Shown piece by piece: positions 26,133-29,776 of a DNA stretch of 29,776 nt. The notes under the pieces were generated by a model that searched no databases, was not told where the DNA came from, and worked only from the letters and a program-made list of their open reading frames with translations. This DNA is from Candidatus Poribacteria bacterium (lineage in GTDB: Bacteria > Poribacteria > DTPJ01 > WJIO01), in assembly GCA_014730235.1 (NCBI GenBank), contig WJIO01000186.1, forward strand, positions 1-29,776. The letters are read 5' to 3'. How positions within the stretch are numbered: position 1 is the first letter of the stretch; the number at the start of each line of letters is the position of its first letter. A program made the position numbers and the translations under genes.

Positions 26133-26153
26133 GGGCACGAAAATTTCGTGCCC
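26133..26153. other. Strong perfect hairpin (GGGCACGAAA-A-TTTCGTGCCC) in the gvp internal intergenic region. Possible minus-strand terminator for the gvpC-N-orf107-orf94 unit, or a protein-binding site.
   Basis: Seen directly. On the minus strand it is followed by GAAUCUUUUGUAUUU. Confidence 0.35.
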
Positions 26154-26220
26154 ATTAAAAATGATTGCTTTTGTTAACCTATTTTGTTATGAAATCGCTA
26201 AAAATAAAGATATGTTTACT

Positions 26221-26432
26221 GTAATCGTTAAAAAATGAAAAATGTATTTAGAAAATACTTTTATGATGATGGTAAATTACAAAATTTGTCATTCCTGCGA
26301 AACTCTTATTCCTTTTTACTCAAGCCTTTTCAAAAAGCTTGAAGCAGGAGTCCAGAAAAAACTTATCCAGAAAGACCGGATTCCTGCTTTTGCAGGATGA
26401 CATCATGAATGATATTCATTTCTAACGATTAC
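26221..26432. repeat. ~212-bp element, copy 2 of the TIR-bounded element. It has outer inverted arms GTAATCGTTAAAAAATG / TAACGATTAC and inner inverted arms GTCATTCCTGC / GCAGGATGAC, and includes an ATTCCT-N8-AGGAT palindrome (26380-26399).
   Basis: The outer arms at 26221-26237 and 26423-26432 are 10/10 reverse-complementary, extended to about 19/23. The inner arms are at 26288-26298 and 26392-26401. The left arm plus the GTCATTCCTGC spacing (about 55 bp) parallels copy 1 at 10089-10166. Confidence 0.6.
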
Positions 26433-26434
26433 TG

Positions 26435-26719
26435 TTACTGTTTTAAGATTATTAGTTTTCTATTCCCAATTGTATTTGTAAACCTGACATTTACAACATC
26501 ATTGGGTTTTAGATCCATAAATGACAGCAAGTTATCTGGAATAACAAGTCTATTTGATGAATCCAAACGGGCTAATCCTCTTATAATACCTATAGACCTT
26601 GAAATATTACCATTCAGTTTATGATGACGATTATTAAAACACCTTATATACCTGAAATGTTTTATTTTGCCCGATGTTTTTATATTTCGTCTTGTTTTAA
26701 GTTTAATAATATTTCGCAT
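26435..26719 (-). CDS. Small protein with a C-terminal AbrB/MazE/SpoVT-like swapped-hairpin DNA-binding domain. The start codon is uncertain.
   Basis: The C-terminal 50 aa SIGIIRGLARLDSSNRLVIPDNLLSFMDLKPNDVVNVRFTNTIGNRKLIILKQ aligns by eye to the AbrB N-domain (GIVRKVDELGRVVIPIELRRTLGIAEKDALEIYVDDEKIILKK). The basic N-terminal 40 aa may be a mis-called extension. There are 3 nt between the upstream ORF stop and its start. Confidence 0.45.
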   Translation of the reverse strand: MRNIIKLKTRRNIKTSGKIKHFRYIRCFNNRHHKLNGNISRSIGIIRGLARLDSSNRLVIPDNLLSFMDLKPNDVVNVRFTNTIGNRKLIILKQ

Positions 26720-26722
26720 AGC

Positions 26723-27046
26723 TTAATATTTTAAAATAACCTCAGCCTTTTTTTCTGATTCATTATCTTTTGCGTTTTGATTTTGTTTATTTATTTTTTC
26801 TCGAACGCCCAGTCTCTCCATAAGTTCATTTTCTTCCTCATCAATTTCTTCCAGGCGTTTTGAGATCCTGTCTATTCTTTTTTCCCAGTTATTTTTTTCC
26901 TTGTTTAGTCTCTGTCTTTCACGACCAAGACCAGCCAGTTCGTTGTAAATATCATATTCATCATAGTGATTCCGCATCCGCAAAGCAGTTTTAATGCGTT
27001 TTGTGGTATTAGGAATATCTCTTATTCCTCTTATTCTTCTTTCCAT
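26723..27046 (-). CDS. Hypothetical 107-aa charged coiled-coil protein downstream of gvpN
   Basis: The ORF has operon context only. Its sequence is MERRIRGIRDIPNTTKRIKTALRMRNHYDEYDIYNELAGLGRERQRLNKEKNNWEKRIDRISKRLEEIDEEENELMERLG... I recognise no family. Confidence 0.4.
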   Translation of the reverse strand: MERRIRGIRDIPNTTKRIKTALRMRNHYDEYDIYNELAGLGRERQRLNKEKNNWEKRIDRISKRLEEIDEEENELMERLGVREKINKQNQNAKDNESEKKAEVILKY

Positions 27047-27171
27047 AACTATCTTCGGCGATTAATTATCCCTGAATTCTTTGAAATCCTGGGTAGGAAT
27101 AGCCGTCATCCCCCTTTCAAGAATATAATGAGTATTTTTGATAAAATGTCGAAGCCTTAAACTACCGGGAA

Positions 27172-28053
27172 TTATCCAATTATATTTTCAATTGCTTTCT
27201 TTACCTGACCACTGGTATCTGAACCTTTACATATAACATCCAGACATGTTTCAATGAAAACCCTATCATCAGTTTTCACTTTGACTTCCTGCTTATTAAC
27301 AATATCGGCAATCATGATTGATGCTCTGATAGTGGGGTCAAAACTTATATCCTGGTTTTCCCTTATATGCCTGACAAGTTCCACTATTTTATTTGATTCT
27401 TTTTCAGGCATACCTGATTTTGCCGATGTAATAGCAGCTTCAGTTTGGGCATCATAACATCCCAGGTTAATGGTAATCATTCTATCCAGTAAAGCGCTCT
27501 GAGGAGTATAAACCCCCGCATATTCATCAGGATTACTGGTGAATATAGCCCGGAATTCCGAATGAATATTGATGTAACTTTCACCGTATCTGCTTTCCGG
27601 TAATACCAGGAGTCTTTCTTCCAAAGCCGACAAAAGAACATTGTTAGCTTCTGCCCTAGAACGGGAAAATTCATCATAAACGAGTGTATATCCATTTTTG
27701 CATGCTGTGGTTAGTCTTTGATCAACCCAGACATTGGATACATTTTCCTCAGTTTTTACAACAGAATGAACAAAGTTGTCCACCAGACGTTTTGAAACAA
27801 TACCCTTATCATTACCCAGTAGATCTGAAGAACCAAATTCTTCATCGCCATATATAATCATCACCGGGCGACCAATTACACCAGCCAGGTGCATAGCTAA
27901 AGTGGTTTTACCCGTCCCTGCAGGGCCGCTAAGATGGACAGGGTAACCAGCTTTTAGATATGCCAAACAGCGCCGACATATACTCTTTATTAACGGAGTA
28001 ACAACGAAATCCTTTCCCGGTTCAAGACGAAGAACAGTCGCCTGTTGTGCCAT
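27172..28053 (-). CDS. gvpN: GvpN (MoxR/CbbQ/NirQ-type AAA+ ATPase of gas vesicle clusters)
   Basis: 293 aa. Walker A is VHLSGPAGTGKTTLAMHLAG and Walker B is LVYDEFSRS. It follows the gvpC-like gene. Confidence 0.9.
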   Translation of the reverse strand: MAQQATVLRLEPGKDFVVTPLIKSICRRCLAYLKAGYPVHLSGPAGTGKTTLAMHLAGVIGRPVMIIYGDEEFGSSDLLGNDKGIVSKRLVDNFVHSVVKTEENVSNVWVDQRLTTACKNGYTLVYDEFSRSRAEANNVLLSALEERLLVLPESRYGESYINIHSEFRAIFTSNPDEYAGVYTPQSALLDRMITINLGCYDAQTEAAITSAKSGMPEKESNKIVELVRHIRENQDISFDPTIRASIMIADIVNKQEVKVKTDDRVFIETCLDVICKGSDTSGQVKKAIENIIG

Positions 28054-28081
28054 ATTAATTCCCCTCGAATATTATTTCTGA

Positions 28082-29242
28082 TTAACTCTTTGGATAATAA
28101 AGATTATCAATTTTTTCGACTTTATTTTCATCAACTAAAGGTTTTATAACAGATATAAGGCCTCTCCAATCAACACCCATTTCATTTCCAATATCAACCA
28201 GCTTAATGCCTTCAGGATGTTTACCAATCATTTCCAGAACCTGATCTTCTGTGGAAATATTTTCTTCCTCTTCTTTTTCAGGTGAAGCTTCTTCAGAAGT
28301 CGGTTCTTCGACTTCATCCTGCGGGGTTTCAGGAGAAGGTTCCTCATCCTCATATTCTTCCTCTTCCGATTCAGTTTTTGAAGGTGGTTCTTCAACTTCA
28401 TCATCTTCGGAGGAATCTTCCTGATCTAAAGCCTCTTCGATAACGGTAGTTGTTTCCGTCGTTTCTACCACAGAGGAAAACAATTCTATCCATATATCCC
28501 TTGCTTCTTTTCTGTCAGAAGCTATGCTATTTAGCATTTCATTTATGGCTTTGCTTCGGGCTTCTTCATCAGCAGAAACCTTTTCTCTCAGATTCTTGGA
28601 CATTTCCTGAATATCAGATCTGACACCTTTCATGAATGAATCAACCTCATCTATGAGGCTTTTGGCAGCTTCTTTTCGGGCTTTCTCATCTGAGGCCATC
28701 TTTTCCTGTAAGGCCCTGGATGTCTCTGCCATTTCCGATTTCATATCATCCATAAAGGATTTTACCTCATCCCTGAGCTGATTAACTGCATCGCTTCTTT
28801 GTTTTCTATCGGAAGCAATTTTTTCTTCCAGGGATTTGGACATTTGCTGTAGATCTGATTTTATACTTTCTTTGAAGTTTTTAACTTCGTCCATCAACTG
28901 TTTTGTTGCCTCACTTCGGGCAGCTTTATCGCTGGCCATTTTATCCTGAAGTTCTTTTGACATATCCTGAAGGTCATTTCTGACTTCATCCAGGAATACC
29001 TTAACGTTATCCATAAGCTCTTTTGAAGCCTTCATACGACTTGCTTTATCTTCGGATATCTTATCAGCCAGAGCTTTGGACATATCCTGACGCTCTAATT
29101 GGAAACGTTCTATGAGGTTATGAGTATCAGATTTCATCTCACTGACTTTGACGTGACGATCCTCGGTGGAGGCCCTACGGTTTTCAGCAGATGCTTTTAT
29201 ATCCTCTACCAGATTCCGCATTCCATTACTCAATTCACCCAT
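28082..29242 (-). CDS. gvpC: GvpC-like repetitive gas-vesicle surface (scaffold) protein candidate: about 6 tandem 40-41-aa amphipathic repeats, an acidic E/D/S/P-rich linker and a ~55-aa C-terminal globular tail
   Basis: 386 aa. Repeats such as DMSKELQDKMASDKAARSEATKQLMDEVKNFKESIKSDLQ, QMSKSLEEKIASDRKQRSDAVNQLRDEVKSFMDDMKSEMAE and TSRALQEKMASDEKARKEAAKSLIDEVDSFMKGVRSDIQE have the same period. Its position between gvpA and gvpN matches the canonical gvpA-gvpC-gvpN order. Confidence 0.6.
   Translation of the reverse strand: MGELSNGMRNLVEDIKASAENRRASTEDRHVKVSEMKSDTHNLIERFQLERQDMSKALADKISEDKASRMKASKELMDNVKVFLDEVRNDLQDMSKELQDKMASDKAARSEATKQLMDEVKNFKESIKSDLQQMSKSLEEKIASDRKQRSDAVNQLRDEVKSFMDDMKSEMAETSRALQEKMASDEKARKEAAKSLIDEVDSFMKGVRSDIQEMSKNLREKVSADEEARSKAINEMLNSIASDRKEARDIWIELFSSVVETTETTTVIEEALDQEDSSEDDEVEEPPSKTESEEEEYEDEEPSPETPQDEVEEPTSEEASPEKEEEENISTEDQVLEMIGKHPEGIKLVDIGNEMGVDWRGLISVIKPLVDENKVEKIDNLYYPKS
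28460..29215. repeat. Intragenic tandem DNA repeats of ~120-123 bp encoding the 40-41-aa GvpC-like repeats
   Basis: Periodicity is seen at the protein level, and at the DNA level as recurring ...GACATnTCCTG...TTTnAnnTCATC... blocks. Confidence 0.65.
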
Positions 29243-29392
29243 GAAAGCAACCTCCTATTATAAAATATTATAAAAAAACACATATTCAGAAAATTATTTA
29301 AAAGGCCAATTATTTATCCGAATATATAGTCAAATTTTAATTTATTAAACCGTTTTAGCTGATTGCTGAATCAGCTTAATGCTTTACTATTA

Positions 29393-29413
29393 AAAATCCC
29401 TCGTTTCGGGATA
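29393..29413 (-). terminator. Weak hairpin plus U-tract ~80 nt downstream of gvpA on the minus-strand transcript. Candidate attenuator between gvpA and gvpC-like.
   Basis: On the minus strand: AUCCC-GAAACGA-GGGAU followed by UUUUUAAU. A second 7-bp hairpin CTTCCGG...CCGGAAG lies just upstream, at 29421-29447 on the plus strand. Confidence 0.3.
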
Positions 29414-29490
29414 TTTGATCTTCCGGATGAAGTCATCACCCGGAAGAATCAAAGGGATCTGACGAATCAGAAGTTTTTTGGTAGGATTAT

Positions 29491-29709
29491 TTATGCAGGA
29501 ACAGCGGCGGTAGCGGTTAGACCAACGGCTTCTGCATATTTCAGGTATGTGTCAACTGAGGCAACTACGACGCGAGCTTCAACAGCCAGTATTTCGATAC
29601 CGACCAATGATACTCTTGCCCAAGCATCTACCACAATACCTTTGTCAAGAATGCGATCTACAACTTCTGCCAAACTACTTGAATCCATTGTCTTCTGTAC
29701 TGAAGCCAT
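29491..29709 (-). CDS. gvpA: GvpA, major gas vesicle structural protein
   Basis: 72 aa. [52 protein letters not shown] is near-identical to the canonical GvpA core. A perfect SD GGAGG (rc of 29719-29723) lies 9 nt upstream of the ATG. Confidence 0.95.
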   Translation of the reverse strand: MASVQKTMDSSSLAEVVDRILDKGIVVDAWARVSLVGIEILAVEARVVVASVDTYLKYAEAVGLTATAAVPA

Positions 29710-29776
29710 TAGTAAATACCTCCTTCTAAAGGTTAAACAAAAAATATATTAACATAATTGTTTCATAATATGTTAG

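Noticed and set aside
26409-26624. 71-aa plus-strand ORF
   Set aside because: It is antisense to the AbrB-like ORF and begins inside the inverted-repeat element. It is hydrophobic low-complexity with no SD.
29363-29752. 129-aa and 60-aa plus-strand ORFs overlapping gvpA
   Set aside because: They are antisense to gvpA, whose protein is near-identical to canonical GvpA. They are Ala/Thr/Ser-rich mirror translations.
1-29776. CRISPR arrays, rRNA genes, transposase genes
   Set aside because: I scanned all intergenic gaps. No regularly spaced direct repeats of 24-48 bp exist. The only tandem repeats are the 15-bp duplication at 9946-9975 and the intragenic gvpC-like repeats. There is no rRNA-like GC-rich structured segment and no DDE or serine-recombinase ORF.

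Overview
This is an AT-rich bacterial window with no rRNA, tRNA or CRISPR. It holds three blocks.

(1) 1-8656, minus strand: one tightly coupled exopolysaccharide operon. Order is Wzc-like chain-length regulator/BY-kinase -> ATP sulfurylase -> AlkP-superfamily protein -> APS kinase -> hexapeptide N-acetyltransferase -> DegT aminotransferase -> Wzx flippase -> edge-truncated Wzy-like ORF. This is a sulfated amino-sugar polysaccharide locus that carries its own PAPS supply but no recognisable sulfotransferase.

(2) 9128-17042: housekeeping genes, namely HAD-IIA, LolA-like, RodZ-like, rimO, pgsA, cinA, a clan GH-A glycosidase and thpR. There is a consensus sigma70 promoter before the LolA-like gene and a clean bidirectional terminator at 17048-17081.

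(3) 17107-29709, minus strand: a large gas-vesicle (gvp) locus. Recognised genes are gvpA, a GvpC-like repeat protein, gvpN, two unknown ORFs (one with an AbrB-like fold), four GvpF/L paralogues (one fused to a DnaJ J-domain), gvpG, a 3D-domain (MltA-like) protein, gvpO, a GvpA-family paralogue, gvpK, gvpJ, an Hsp20-domain GvpH-like protein, an unknown 189-aa protein, and a terminal Cdc48/VAT-type double-ring AAA+ ATPase translationally coupled to that unknown. The chaperone-rich, Cdc48-terminated layout is the most novel part of the window.

Two intergenic regions (10089-10248 and 26221-26432) carry related ~160-215 bp elements bounded by inverted copies of GTAATCGTTAAAAAAT and centred on an ATTCCT-N8-AGGAAT palindrome. 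That palindrome recurs a third time at 13633-13652.
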